Shown one piece after another: positions 63,954 to 64,000 of a stretch of DNA of 64,000 nt; within the stretch, counting starts at the first letter, position 1, and each line of letters opens with the position of its first letter. Made by a program: the position numbers and the translations under genes. The stretch covers positions 21,998 to 85,997 of the forward strand of contig JAYWCB010000012.1 in the NCBI GenBank assembly GCA_043780835.1, read 5' to 3'. The DNA is from Minisyncoccota bacterium (GTDB lineage Bacteria > Patescibacteriota > Minisyncoccia > Phycocordibacterales > UBA2100). The notes below the pieces were generated by a model. That model saw nothing but the letters and a program-made list of their open reading frames with translations. It ran no database searches and was not told the DNA's origin.

Positions 63954-64000
63954 ATTCGCACATGATACCAAATCGGCAGATTGATGGTGCGGCGGTGGGT

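Noticed and set aside
1-64000. Alternative genetic code (TGA=Gly/Trp or TAG reassigned) suggested by two in-frame stops
   Set aside because: TGA ends murB, lysS and the ABC-F, and TAG ends uvrA and tgt, at their expected C-termini; long genes contain no internal stops

Overview
Gene-dense 64 kb bacterial chromosome segment read with the standard code (TAA, TAG and TGA all end genes). Gene content and promoter style suggest a Patescibacteria/CPR (Parcubacteria-like) genome; this is inference, as there is no marker rRNA here. Core genes: the 3' end of carB, uvrA, murB, uvrB, tgt, tyrS, msrA, lysS, pyrB, obg, engB, msrB, an ABC-F and a pseudouridine synthase. These are interleaved with many secreted Ser/Thr-rich proteins, a class F sortase, a MarR-MFP-RND efflux unit, a P-type ATPase, two histidine kinases and many small stress-type genes. 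No rRNA, tRNA, CRISPR array, integrase or transposase was recognised. Most notable: (1) a self-contained two-gene unit at 29937-31239 with its own promoter, strong SD sites and terminator. It encodes an unknown ~354-codon protein interrupted by one in-frame TGA, coupled to an unannotated 45-aa Pro-rich peptide; it is a candidate enzyme/peptide-tag system. (2) folB has a TAG exactly at its conserved Tyr. (3) Leaderless-type promoters (TAnnnT 4-9 nt before ATG, no SD) are pervasive. (4) One kinase has 18 tandem 21-aa coiled-coil repeats. (5) At least six microprotein ORFs are missing from the ORF track. (6) Secreted proteins share [AG][ST][ST][ST] motifs and C-terminal amphipathic tails, one with an IPNTG sortase-like motif.
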